This document shows positions 29,810-39,355 of a stretch of 52,399 nt of DNA, piece by piece. How positions within the stretch are numbered: position 1 is the first letter of the stretch; each line of letters starts with the position of its first letter. The DNA lies in the NCBI GenBank assembly GCA_947085925.1, contig CAMTYI010000043.1, positions 1-52,399 of the forward strand. The letters run 5' to 3'. The position numbers were made by a program, and so were the translations under genes. The stretch comes from an uncultured Gammaproteobacteria bacterium (lineage in GTDB: Bacteria; Pseudomonadota; Gammaproteobacteria; Ga0077554; Ga007554). The notes beneath the pieces were generated by a model. That model was not told where the DNA came from. It worked only from the letters and a program-made list of their open reading frames with translations, and did not search any database.

Positions 29810-32800
29810 ATGCCCAATGTTTTACCCATTGCCGATGCAGATCAACGCCGCGAGGCGCTCGACCCCTCTCGCTCGTTTATCGTTCAAGCCCCCGCAGGAT
29901 CGGGCAAGACCAGCCTCCTGACGCAACGTTATCTCACGCTGCTGGCGCGCGTGGAATCCCCGGAAGAGATCGTGGCGATCACCTTTACCCGCAAGGCTGC
30001 GGCAGAAATGCGTAATCGCATTCTTGAGGCATTGCACGAGGCGCGCGATGCACCGCCACCCGATGCCGCGTATGAGCGCACTACCTGGAATCTGGCGCGC
30101 GCGGTGCTGGCGTGTAATGAGCGGCTGGAATGGGATGTGTTGTCTCACCCAGCGCGGCTGCGTATCCAGACCATCGACTCGCTGTGCAATTCATTGACGC
30201 GACAAATGCCGGTGTTGTCGCGCTTTGGCGCTGTGCCTGCCACTACCACCGATGCCGCCGATCTCTACCGCGATGCCGCGCGCGCGACGCTGGCGTTGCT
30301 GGAAACGGGAGAGCAATGGTCACCCGCAGTGGAACGGCTGCTGCGCCATCTGGATAACGATCTGGCGCTGGTGGAAGGATTGCTCGCCAACATGCTGGCG
30401 CGACGTGATCAGTGGTTGCGGCATGTAGTGAAAGATTCAGACCGTGAACAGCAACGTGCGAGTCTGGAGGCTGCGTTTAAAAGCGTCATCGAAGAAGCGC
30501 TGGCTGCAACGGCGCGAGCATTGCCTGCGGACGCAGGCGGAAAGATGGTTGAGCTTGCGCGCTTCGCAGCATCGAATCTGGATGATGGAAGTACTTCCGA
30601 TCTCTTATTTTGCTGCGACATGGACACCCTTCCGGGCAGCACTACTGAGGATCTGAAAACGTGGTGCGGCATCGCCACACTGCTGCTGACCAATGATGGG
30701 GGGTGGCGCAAAACAGCCACCAAAAATATTGGTTTTCCCGCCCCCAGTTCCACGAAAGACGCCGGGGAAAAAGCACACTACCAGGCGATGAAAGAGCACT
30801 TCCTGGCATTGCTGGGTGATCTCGCAAAAGAAGACGACGCTTTTCGTGTCCATCTGGATGCTCTGCGTAGCCTCCCGCCGGAGTATTACACCGAAGATCA
30901 ATGGCAGGTGATGCAGGCGTTGTTCGACCTGCTGCCGGTTGCGGTTGCACAATTAAAGATGGTCTTCCGCGAACAGGGGCAAGTGGACTTCAGCGAAGTG
31001 GCGCAGTGTGCGCTGGAGGCATTAGGCGAGCCGGACAATCCCACTGACCTCGCACTGGCGCTCGATTATCGCATGCAGCACATCCTGGTCGACGAATTTC
31101 AGGATACCTCCTTCGGACAATATCAATTACTGGAGCGGCTTACCGCTGGCTGGCAGCACGATGATGGCCGCACACTGTTTGTGGTGGGCGATCCCATGCA
31201 ATCGATCTACCGCTTCCGCGAGGCCGAGGTGGGCCTGTTTCTGCGCGCCCGTCAGCAGGGCGTTGGATCAATTCGGCTCACGCCGCTAACCCTGAGCGTC
31301 AATTTCCGCTCCCAGGCGGGCATTGTTGAGTGGGTCAACCAGAGCTTCGCGCAAGTGTTTCCGGTAACGGAAGATATCTCCAGCGGCGCAGTTGCGTATA
31401 GTCCATCCCAGGCATCGCATGAAATGGGCGAACATCCCGCCGTGGAGGTGCATCCGTTCTTCATCAATGACGCGAACGCCGAAGCATTCAAGGTGGTTGA
31501 TCTGGTACAACAGGCCCGGCGGACCAATCCCAAAGGCACCGTGGCGATTCTGGTGCGTGCGCGCAGCCATCTGGCGCAAATCGCCCCCGCCTTGCAGACG
31601 GCAGGGCTGCGCTACCGCGCCATCGAAATCGAACGTCTGGGGCATCGCCCGGTGATTCAAGATCTGCTTGCGCTCACCCGTGCGCTGCTGCATCCCGCTG
31701 ATCGCATCGCCTGGCTGGCGATACTGCGCGCGCCCTGGTGTGGGCTGACACTCGCCGATTTGCATGCGCTGGCTGCGGGCGACCATCATGCCGCCCTCTG
31801 GGATCTCATGCAGAATCCCGCCATCATTGATCTCCTGAGTGCCGATGGGAAGTGCCGCCTTGAGCGCGTGCGTAACGTCCTGCAAACCGCGTTTGCCCAG
31901 CGCCAGCGCCGCACTTTGCGGCTCTGGACCGAAGGTGTGTGGTTGGCGCTGGGCGGGCCAGCCTGCGTACAAGCAGGGACGGACCTTGAAGATGCGCTGG
32001 TGTTTTTCGAGCTGCTGGAGAACATGCACACGGAGGGTAATCCCAGCGGCTTTATGCGCATTGAGGAGCGTGTCGAAAAACTGTTTGCGTTACCCGACAT
32101 GGAAGCCGATGAATCGCTGCAATTAATGACCATACACAAGGCCAAAGGACTGGAATTCGATACCGTCATCGTGCCCGCCCTGGGGCGACGTATGCCATCC
32201 GACGAAAGCCGCCTACTGATGTGGATGGAGCGGCCCGCGCTGGCGCGCGAAGAGGGCGATCTGCTGCTCGCACCGATCAAGGGGAATGGTCAGAAGGACG
32301 ATCCGATTTATACTTATATCAAAAGCATGGATCAGCAAAAGGGTGTGTACGAGGCAGGGCGGTTGCTCTATGTGGCCGCTACCCGCGCCAGGGAAAAACT
32401 GCACCTGCTGGGCCATACCACGCTTTCAGAAAAAGACGGCGCAGCGAAAAAACCGCAAAGCAGTTCACTGCTGAACCAGTTGTGGGCGGTGGTTGAAAAA
32501 AAATTCGCCATCAATACCGGGGGCGCCCAAGCGACGGGAGATACGGCACCGACTGCCCCCATTCCCGGTCTGCGCCGTCTCAAGTCGGGCTGGCGCTTGC
32601 CCGATGCTCCCGCATCGGTAGCCATCTCTTCTATTGTGTCACGACCCACTCCCAGCAATTCAGCGGAAAACATTGAATTTCTCTGGGCCAGCGACACCGC
32701 GCGGCATGTCGGCACCGTAGTGCATCGCATCCTGCGCAAAATTGCCCAGCAGGGGGCAGACTTCTGGAGCGGCGAATTCATTGCCGCGCAACGGCCTCGT

Positions 32801-33229
32801 TATCGTACCCTCCTGGCGCAGTCAGGCGTACCCTTGCGAGAATTGGATGAAGCCGCACAGCGCGTCGAAATTGCATTGGCGCGCACACTGGAAGACGAGC
32901 GCGGACGCTGGCTGCTCGATCATCTCCACCATGACGCCCAGTGCGAGTATGCGTTGACCGGCATTGTCGATGGCAAACCCGTCAATGTCATCATCGACCG
33001 TACCTTCGTCGATCAACAAGGCGTGCGCTGGATCATCGATTACAAAACCGGCGGTCATGAAGGCACGGATACGGACGCTTTTCTCGACAGCGAACAAACC
33101 CGCTACCGCCCGCAACTACAGCGCTACGCGGAATTGATGAGTAAATTGGACGACAAACACGCCATCCGCCTCGGGCTCTATTTTCCCTTGCTGGGCGGAT
33201 GGCGCGAGTGGTCTTACCACGCAAGTTAA
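29810..33229 (+). CDS. UvrD-type helicase fused to a C-terminal PD-(D/E)xK nuclease (AddA-like)
   Basis: 1139 aa. Walker A APAGSGKTS, motif II DEFQDTS, and C-terminal IIDRTF...WIIDYKTG nuclease motif. Confidence 0.85.
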   Translation: MPNVLPIADADQRREALDPSRSFIVQAPAGSGKTSLLTQRYLTLLARVESPEEIVAITFTRKAAAEMRNRILEALHEARDAPPPDAAYERTTWNLARAVLACNERLEWDVLSHPARLRIQTIDSLCNSLTRQMPVLSRFGAVPATTTDAADLYRDAARATLALLETGEQWSPAVERLLRHLDNDLALVEGLLANMLARRDQWLRHVVKDSDREQQRASLEAAFKSVIEEALAATARALPADAGGKMVELARFAASNLDDGSTSDLLFCCDMDTLPGSTTEDLKTWCGIATLLLTNDGGWRKTATKNIGFPAPSSTKDAGEKAHYQAMKEHFLALLGDLAKEDDAFRVHLDALRSLPPEYYTEDQWQVMQALFDLLPVAVAQLKMVFREQGQVDFSEVAQCALEALGEPDNPTDLALALDYRMQHILVDEFQDTSFGQYQLLERLTAGWQHDDGRTLFVVGDPMQSIYRFREAEVGLFLRARQQGVGSIRLTPLTLSVNFRSQAGIVEWVNQSFAQVFPVTEDISSGAVAYSPSQASHEMGEHPAVEVHPFFINDANAEAFKVVDLVQQARRTNPKGTVAILVRARSHLAQIAPALQTAGLRYRAIEIERLGHRPVIQDLLALTRALLHPADRIAWLAILRAPWCGLTLADLHALAAGDHHAALWDLMQNPAIIDLLSADGKCRLERVRNVLQTAFAQRQRRTLRLWTEGVWLALGGPACVQAGTDLEDALVFFELLENMHTEGNPSGFMRIEERVEKLFALPDMEADESLQLMTIHKAKGLEFDTVIVPALGRRMPSDESRLLMWMERPALAREEGDLLLAPIKGNGQKDDPIYTYIKSMDQQKGVYEAGRLLYVAATRAREKLHLLGHTTLSEKDGAAKKPQSSSLLNQLWAVVEKKFAINTGGAQATGDTAPTAPIPGLRRLKSGWRLPDAPASVAISSIVSRPTPSNSAENIEFLWASDTARHVGTVVHRILRKIAQQGADFWSGEFIAAQRPRYRTLLAQSGVPLRELDEAAQRVEIALARTLEDERGRWLLDHLHHDAQCEYALTGIVDGKPVNVIIDRTFVDQQGVRWIIDYKTGGHEGTDTDAFLDSEQTRYRPQLQRYAELMSKLDDKHAIRLGLYFPLLGGWREWSYHAS

Positions 33230-33336
33230 TCGCCGATAATGCCTTGGATCGGGATCGTACTTATGGGAAGATAGCCCGCAGCACCGGGCCATCCAGTCCG
33301 ACGGCTCTATTATGACAATCATGCAGAGGAATATTT

Positions 33337-34014
33337 ATGAAGATCAAATTTGTACTTGGCGCTTTTGCGGCAGCAGTGTGTGTCAATAGCTATGCCGCAG
33401 ACACCATAGCGCTGAGTACCGACGAGCAAAAATTCAGCTACGTCGTCGGCTATCAATTCGGCATGACCCTTAAACAGGATGGTTTGAAGGTGGATACCAA
33501 GGCCGTCAGCCAGGCCATTCAAGACGCCATGAGCGCCACGCCTCCCAAACTGACGCAGGAGCAGATGCAGGCGGTCATGGAGATTTATCGCAAGAAGCAC
33601 GACCAGGAACGGCTCGCAGTGGCGGACAAGAACCAGAAAGCTGGGCAAGCCTATCTCGCCAACAATAAGAAGCAACCTGAAGTAAAAGAACTCGCTAGCG
33701 GAATACAATACAAAGTACTGAAGGCCGGTACGGGCAAGAAACCCAAGGCATCGGACTCGGTAATGGTCAATTACCGGGGCACCCTCATCAATGGTGAGGA
33801 GTTCGATAGTTCCTACAAGCGCGGACAGCCAGTCAAGTTCCGTGTCGATCAGGTCATCAAAGGTTGGCAGGAAGTGCTGCCACTCATGCCCACTGGCGCC
33901 AAGTGGCAGGCGGTTATCCCTGCTAAATTGGCTTATGGCACGCAGGGCGCTGGTGGCCCCATAGGCCCCAACGAGACCTTGATTTTTGAAATTGAGTTAT
34001 TGGAAATCAAATAG
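33337..34014 (+). CDS. periplasmic FKBP-type peptidyl-prolyl isomerase (Mip/FkpA-like)
   Basis: 225 aa. Signal peptide, N-terminal dimerisation helix, and FKBP domain VNYRGTLINGEEFDSSY...GW. Confidence 0.85.
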   Translation: MKIKFVLGAFAAAVCVNSYAADTIALSTDEQKFSYVVGYQFGMTLKQDGLKVDTKAVSQAIQDAMSATPPKLTQEQMQAVMEIYRKKHDQERLAVADKNQKAGQAYLANNKKQPEVKELASGIQYKVLKAGTGKKPKASDSVMVNYRGTLINGEEFDSSYKRGQPVKFRVDQVIKGWQEVLPLMPTGAKWQAVIPAKLAYGTQGAGGPIGPNETLIFEIELLEIK

Positions 34015-34079
34015 TTAACAATAATATATAAAGTTAATTATCCTTTAAAAGACTGGCAAATAACTGTACCGGAGAACGT

Positions 34080-34409
34080 ATGACCGACAAGATTCCCGGA
34101 TTGAATGAAGCCATCCCCAAGTGGGACGTGGCCCTTGAGGCTCTGGCCCGCAACGAGTACCAGCAAAAGGGTGCGGCGTTGCGCATTGACGACTTTACGC
34201 GGCTTTCCAAAGACCACGTTATCCGCTTCGACGACATCATGGTGACGCTATTCGAGCTGGTGCTACAGGGCGAATGGCGTTACGAGGACGACGAGCGCGT
34301 GATCAAAATACTCACCCGCGACGAGGTGAATCACTTGTACGTCAACGGCCGCCTCAGCGACAATGACGTGCGCGACTATACGGGGTATTGGAGTCCGACC
34401 CATCGCTAA
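34080..34409 (+). CDS. hypothetical protein
   Basis: 109-aa ORF with GGAG 7 nt upstream. I recognise no family. Confidence 0.45.
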   Translation: MTDKIPGLNEAIPKWDVALEALARNEYQQKGAALRIDDFTRLSKDHVIRFDDIMVTLFELVLQGEWRYEDDERVIKILTRDEVNHLYVNGRLSDNDVRDYTGYWSPTHR

Positions 34410-34427
34410 CTACGACGAAACGCTCTG

Positions 34428-34461
34428 CATTGTAGGTCGGGCTAAAGCCCGACCTACAATG
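34428..34461. repeat. REP-like perfect palindrome between convergent genes
   Basis: CATTGTAGGTCGGGC-TAAA-GCCCGACCTACAATG. A 15-bp perfect stem with a 4-nt loop. No strong U-tract on either strand. Confidence 0.75.
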
Positions 34462-34509
34462 GTTTACACATAAATACTGTCAGTGATTTAGTTGGGTGCT
34501 GCTAGAGGT

Positions 34510-34893
34510 TTACAGCATCTTGTCGACTTCCGCTTCCGCCTCCACCCAGTCCATATGAGGGTCACCGGTAAACCCACGTTGTTCTGCCCGGTAATAGGCC
34601 GCTTCGGCAATCATTGCATGACGTTCGCCTGGCATAACGGTCAACTTCTTTGCGCGTGTCGGGGCGGCCTTGGCAGCTTTCGAGGGCTTGACATCCGCCG
34701 CTTTGCCTGGCGCCTCGCCGGTTGTGCGCGCCGATTTCTTGGGCGCAGCCTTTTTAGCCTCAACTGCCAGCACATCCTCCTTCTTTACACGCTTCGTGGC
34801 GCTTAACGGTTTGGCATCCCCGGCCATTTTGTCTGGTGCCTCACCCGTGGTGCGCGCCGACTTCTTTGGTGCGGCCTGTTTAATGTCATTCAT
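34510..34893 (-). CDS. DUF2934-domain protein with a lysine-rich, internally duplicated N-terminal region
   Basis: I chose the internal ATG at 34893 (GAGGAGGA RBS). The C-terminal MIAEAAYYRAEQRGF..GDPHMDWVEAEAEV resembles DUF2934. AAPKKSARTTGEAP occurs twice, 42 aa apart. Confidence 0.7.
   Translation of the reverse strand: MNDIKQAAPKKSARTTGEAPDKMAGDAKPLSATKRVKKEDVLAVEAKKAAPKKSARTTGEAPGKAADVKPSKAAKAAPTRAKKLTVMPGERHAMIAEAAYYRAEQRGFTGDPHMDWVEAEAEVDKML
34706..34877 (-). repeat. 126-nt-period tandem duplication inside the DUF2934 gene
   Basis: 34706-34751 and 34832-34877 are about 80 percent identical 46-mers (…GCGCCTCGCCGGTTGTGCGCGCCGATTTCTTGGGCGCAGCC… vs …GTGCCTCACCCGTGGTGCGCGCCGACTTCTTTGGTGCGGCC…). 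Confidence 0.7.
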
Positions 34894-35119
34894 GGGTACA
34901 TCCTCCTCGCTACAGTAGATATGGATACGCACATTTTAAGAATTTTACACGATGTTTCCTTGATCTATATCAAATCTATCTCAATCAGGGGTGATTCATT
35001 GTGTTGACTTGCTGGTAACATGTGCAGAAACAGCAGGATCCTCTGAATTTACAAACCCGCAATCGCCCCCCGGATTACGCTATCGCTTTATCAGGGCTGC
35101 TCGTTTCATCTGTTTCCTT

Positions 35120-37675
35120 TCATCGGCCAAGCCTCGGTTTCCGGCGCGCCGTAGGTTCAGCGTTCCACGGGTCATCCGGCCAGGGGTGTTTGGGGTAGCG
35201 GCCTTTGAGTTCTTTTTTTACTTCGGCGTAGGTGCGTTCCCAGAAACCGCGCAGGTCTTGTGTTACCTGGATGGGGTTTTGTGCTGGGGAGAGCAGGTGC
35301 AGGGTCACGGGCACGCGTCCCCAGGCCACGCGCGGTGTGTCGGCGAGGCCGAACATTTCTTGCAGTTTCACCGCCAGCACCGGCGATTCGCCGGGGGTAT
35401 ATTGCAGACGCAGGCGCGATCCGCTGGGCACGGTGAGGTGGGTGGGCGCGCCTTCGTCGAGGCGGGTGCGTTGCGTCCAGTCCAGGGTGTTTTGCAAGAT
35501 TGCCGGCAGGTCGAGGCGGGTCAGATGGTCGCGGCGGGTGATGCCGTCGAGGTATGGCTCCAGCCAATCTTCCAGTGTCGCCGCAAGATGCGCATCGCTT
35601 ATATCCGGCCAGTCGTCCTCCGGGCACCAGTGGCGTAGCGAGAGTACGCGCGTTTGCCATTCCCGGGCCTCTCGTGTCCATGGCAATGCCTCCAGCCCGA
35701 GACGGCGCACGCCTTCAAGCATGGCCTTGCGTAATGCTTCTGGTCTGACTTTTGTCAGCGACTGGCTGGCGAGCACGAGTTCCCCAATCCGTTCTTCACG
35801 CCGCGCGATGATGGCTTGCTGCTGGCTGTCCCAGCGCACCACGTCTTGTGTTTGTATTCGTCCCGCCAAGTGTTTGCGCAATGCCTGTGCAGTGACAGGC
35901 GCGGCGAGGTAGATCACGCCTTCTGCATTGCCACCTTCACGGTGTGTTTTTCCCGCATCCATTTGCGCGGCTACCAGGTAGGTGTGCTTGATCAGATGAT
36001 CCTCACACGCCAGGCGCGCGCCACGGCCATTGGCGAGCAGGTAGCGTCCGGTGTTGGCTTCGCGCTGCGCGGCGATGCGGTCTGGATAGGCGAGGGCCAG
36101 GAGCAGGCCAACCTCTTCGTCGCTGGACGGCGCTGCTGGTTGTTTGATATTCAGTAGTCGCCGCCACTGGCTGGCCGCCTGTTCGATGCGTTCACAGGCG
36201 TAAGGGTCTGCCCCATAGGATTGCGCACCGGCCCTGCCGCGCTTGCGGAATGCCATTATCGCTTCGACACGCTCCAACAGGTCACAGGTGCGTTTACGAT
36301 TTTGGTTATCGTTGGTGAGAATGTCGCGCTCGACAAGCAGCGCCGAGATATCGCAGGCCAGCGCGCCGAATCCCAGCTTGTTGCCCTCCAGCAGCAGGTG
36401 AGCGAGGCGTGGGTGTGCGGGCAACGCGGCCATGGCCTGACCGGAGGGGGTGATCAAGCCCTTGTCATCCAGTGCGCCCAGCTCTATGAGCAACTGCCGC
36501 GCCTGAGCCAGCGCGCCGGGCGGGGGTGGGTCCAGCCACGCCAGGTCCACCGCATTACGCACTCCCCATTGAGCAAGATCCAGCGCCAGCGGTGCGAGGT
36601 CGGCGGCGAGGATCTCCGGTATGGTCTGGGCTTGCAAGCCGCGCTGGGTGGATTCGCTCCATAGCCGGTAGCAATGCCCTGGCCCGAGACGCCCGGCGCG
36701 TCCGGCGCGTTGTTCGGCTGACGCGCGCGACACGCGCACCGTGTCGAGTCTTGTCAGGCCACTGTTCGGGTCGAAGCGCGGCACACGCGCGAAACCGCTA
36801 TCCACAACGCTGACGATGCCTTCGATAGTCAGGCTGGTCTCGGCGATGGAGGTGGCCAGTACCACCTTGCGCCGCCCGCTGGAATCAGGCCGGATCGCCC
36901 GGTCTTGCGCCTCTTTCGGCAGGTCGCCATAGAGGGGATGGATACTGATCTCTGCGCAGGCGGGATCAGTCTCCAATAATCGCTGTGCGCGCCGGATCTC
37001 GCCGCCGCCGGGAAGAAAGGCCAGCACGTCGCCTTGTTGTTCGCTTAAGGCGCGGCGCACCGCAGCAGCCACAGTCTCGGGCACTCTGCTTTCCGGGTCG
37101 CGCGGCAGGTAGTTGACGGTTACCGGAAAGCTGCGCCCCATGCTGGTGATGATCGGTGCATTATTCAGCAGTCTGGCGACGCCTTCGGTATCCAGCGTGG
37201 CCGACATCACCAGCACTTTCAAGTCGTCGCGCAGGCCGCGCTGGCTGTCGACGCACAGCGCCAGCGCGAGATCGGCATTGAGGTTACGTTCGTGGAATTC
37301 ATCGAAAATCACCAGCCCTACGCCCTCCAGCGCCGGATCGCTTTGCAAACGGTGGGTGAGGATGCCCTCGGTCAGCACCTCAATGCGTGTCTGGCGCGAA
37401 ATCTGGCTGTCGAAACGGATGCGATAGCCGACTGTCTGTCCCACCTTCTCGCCCAGCAGATCCGCCATGCGCGCCGCCGCCGCCCGCGCCGCAAGACGAC
37501 GCGGCTCCAGCATCACGATCGAGCGGCCTTGCAGCCAGGATTCATGCAGGAGCGCGAGCGGCACCAGTGTGGTTTTGCCCGCGCCGGGAGGCGCTTGCAG
37601 TACTACTGCGGGATGGGCGGCGAGCGCGGCGCGCAGCTCAGGGAGGGTTGATTCGATAGGCAAGGAGGTGGGCAT
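35120..37675 (-). CDS. hrpB: ATP-dependent RNA helicase HrpB
   Basis: 851 aa. GAGKTT Walker A, DEFHER (DEAH-type) box and an HrpB-type C-terminal domain. Confidence 0.9.
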   Translation of the reverse strand: MPTSLPIESTLPELRAALAAHPAVVLQAPPGAGKTTLVPLALLHESWLQGRSIVMLEPRRLAARAAAARMADLLGEKVGQTVGYRIRFDSQISRQTRIEVLTEGILTHRLQSDPALEGVGLVIFDEFHERNLNADLALALCVDSQRGLRDDLKVLVMSATLDTEGVARLLNNAPIITSMGRSFPVTVNYLPRDPESRVPETVAAAVRRALSEQQGDVLAFLPGGGEIRRAQRLLETDPACAEISIHPLYGDLPKEAQDRAIRPDSSGRRKVVLATSIAETSLTIEGIVSVVDSGFARVPRFDPNSGLTRLDTVRVSRASAEQRAGRAGRLGPGHCYRLWSESTQRGLQAQTIPEILAADLAPLALDLAQWGVRNAVDLAWLDPPPPGALAQARQLLIELGALDDKGLITPSGQAMAALPAHPRLAHLLLEGNKLGFGALACDISALLVERDILTNDNQNRKRTCDLLERVEAIMAFRKRGRAGAQSYGADPYACERIEQAASQWRRLLNIKQPAAPSSDEEVGLLLALAYPDRIAAQREANTGRYLLANGRGARLACEDHLIKHTYLVAAQMDAGKTHREGGNAEGVIYLAAPVTAQALRKHLAGRIQTQDVVRWDSQQQAIIARREERIGELVLASQSLTKVRPEALRKAMLEGVRRLGLEALPWTREAREWQTRVLSLRHWCPEDDWPDISDAHLAATLEDWLEPYLDGITRRDHLTRLDLPAILQNTLDWTQRTRLDEGAPTHLTVPSGSRLRLQYTPGESPVLAVKLQEMFGLADTPRVAWGRVPVTLHLLSPAQNPIQVTQDLRGFWERTYAEVKKELKGRYPKHPWPDDPWNAEPTARRKPRLGR

Positions 37676-37782
37676 ACGTGGCTTTTTTTGGTAATGAAAA
37701 GCAAAGGGATGATTTTTAGATTGTCTGAGCGTGGTTGCTCTTCATTCCACACATTTCAAACAGAAAATTAATATACACCCTC

Positions 37783-37798
37783 GCCCCGCTTACGGGGC
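37783..37798 (-). terminator. short GC hairpin after mtgA (weak terminator candidate)
   Basis: GCCCCG-N4-CGGGGC lies 15 nt after the mtgA stop. The downstream T content is modest. Confidence 0.35.
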
Positions 37799-37812
37799 AA
37801 GCATTGCATGGC

Positions 37813-38703
37813 TCAATTGCCTGGTGCTACTGGAGGCGGCGGGGCGCTATTGTCCGGCGGTGGTGCGGCTTGTGGCTCGCTCGTTTCCATATTACCCGTA
37901 GGTGCGGGTGCTGTTTCCGGCTCCACCGATGGCTCTGTTTCCTTAGGCATGTCGAGTTCCGGCGCGGGTTTCGCAGGTGGTGCGATGAGGCGTGGCGCGG
38001 CGTTGAAGTCGCGGCCGTAACGTATTGCCATGCGCGCCAGGATGATCCTGGTCTTGCGCGTTGCGCGACGCGCATCACGGTGAGTGTCGTAATAGCGCGG
38101 ATTGGGTACGATAGCAGCGAGCCACGCGGCTTCGCGGGGTGTCAGCTTCGCGGCAGCCTTGCCGAAATAGTGGTGGGCTGCGGCCTCCGCGCCGAATATG
38201 CCATTGCCCCATTCGATCACGTTCAGGTAGATTTCGAAGATGCGCTGTTTGCTCAGGCTTTTTTCCAGCATCACCGTGATGATAGCCTCTTGCCCCTTGC
38301 GCCACGGGGTGCGCTGGGTGGAGAGGAACAGGTTCTTGGCGAGCTGTTGGGTGATGGTGCTGCCGCCTGCGACGACCTTGCCCTGTTTGATATTCTTTTC
38401 CGCAGCGACCTTGATGCCTTCCCAGTCGAAACCTTCGTGGCTGTAAAAAGTGGCGTCTTCCGAGGCGATGATGGCGCGTTGCAGATAGCGTGAGATGCGC
38501 GGCATCGGCACCCAGCGATAGTCGACGTGGGCTGGTTTTGATTCCGCTTCCATCTCTGCCAGACGTCCGCGCATCAGCGCGGTGTCTTCAGGGTTGTGGG
38601 TGTCGAGACGTGTTACTTGCCAGTAGGTCCAACCTTGGTAAAACAGTGCTGCGAGCATGGCGAGGATAAAGCCGCGCCAGAGCCATTTTGAAAGAACCTT
38701 CAT
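37813..38703 (-). CDS. mtgA: monofunctional peptidoglycan glycosyltransferase with a Pro/Ala/Glu-rich C-terminal tail
   Basis: 296 aa. GT51 motifs RAIIASEDATFYSHEGFD and GGSTITQQLAKN. The last 55 aa or so are low-complexity (APPAKPAPE...PPPPVAPGN). Confidence 0.9.
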   Translation of the reverse strand: MKVLSKWLWRGFILAMLAALFYQGWTYWQVTRLDTHNPEDTALMRGRLAEMEAESKPAHVDYRWVPMPRISRYLQRAIIASEDATFYSHEGFDWEGIKVAAEKNIKQGKVVAGGSTITQQLAKNLFLSTQRTPWRKGQEAIITVMLEKSLSKQRIFEIYLNVIEWGNGIFGAEAAAHHYFGKAAAKLTPREAAWLAAIVPNPRYYDTHRDARRATRKTRIILARMAIRYGRDFNAAPRLIAPPAKPAPELDMPKETEPSVEPETAPAPTGNMETSEPQAAPPPDNSAPPPPVAPGN

Positions 38704-38743
38704 TGAATATTATCTTTGCGTGTTTGCGTCTAAACGTAAAAAC

Positions 38744-39355
38744 TTAAATAACTCTTATACCCTCATGCTCAAGCATCCGCACCAGGCTGATCAATGGCAG
38801 GCCAATGAGTGCGGTAGGATCTTCGCCTTCCAGTTTGTCGAAGAGCGCGATGCCCAAGCCTTCCGATTTGAATGAACCCGCGCAATTATAGGGCTGCTCG
38901 TGCCGCAGATAATTTTCGATCTGCGCCGCGCTCAGTACACGAAACACAACGGCGAAGGGGATGACATCCACCTGCATGCGCCGGGTGGCGCTATTGAGCA
39001 GGCACAATCCAGTCAGAAATTCCACGCGTTTGCCGGAGGCGTTGGCGAGTTGTTTTACTGCATTGTCATGATTACCCGGTTTTCCCAGGGTTTCACCGTC
39101 CAGCACCGCTATCTGATCGGAGCCGATGATCAGCGCATCGGTGTGTTGTTGCGCTATCGCGTGTGCCTTGGCGCCGGCGAGCCGTGCCACAAGACTTTCC
39201 GGTGATTCACCGGGGAGCGGTGTTTCATCGGCTTGCGGTGGGATGGCGTTGAAGGGCAAGCCCAGCCGATGCAGTAACTCTTTTCTAAAAGGGGAGGAAG
39301 ACGCCAGGATCAACTGCTGCCGCTTGTGCCCATTATTATGTTCAGCCGATTTCAA
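38744..39355 (-). CDS. yceF: Maf-family nucleoside-triphosphate pyrophosphatase (YceF-type)
   Basis: 203 aa. LILASSSPFRKELL N-terminus and GAYGIQ-like region. Confidence 0.8.
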   Translation of the reverse strand: MKSAEHNNGHKRQQLILASSSPFRKELLHRLGLPFNAIPPQADETPLPGESPESLVARLAGAKAHAIAQQHTDALIIGSDQIAVLDGETLGKPGNHDNAVKQLANASGKRVEFLTGLCLLNSATRRMQVDVIPFAVVFRVLSAAQIENYLRHEQPYNCAGSFKSEGLGIALFDKLEGEDPTALIGLPLISLVRMLEHEGIRVI

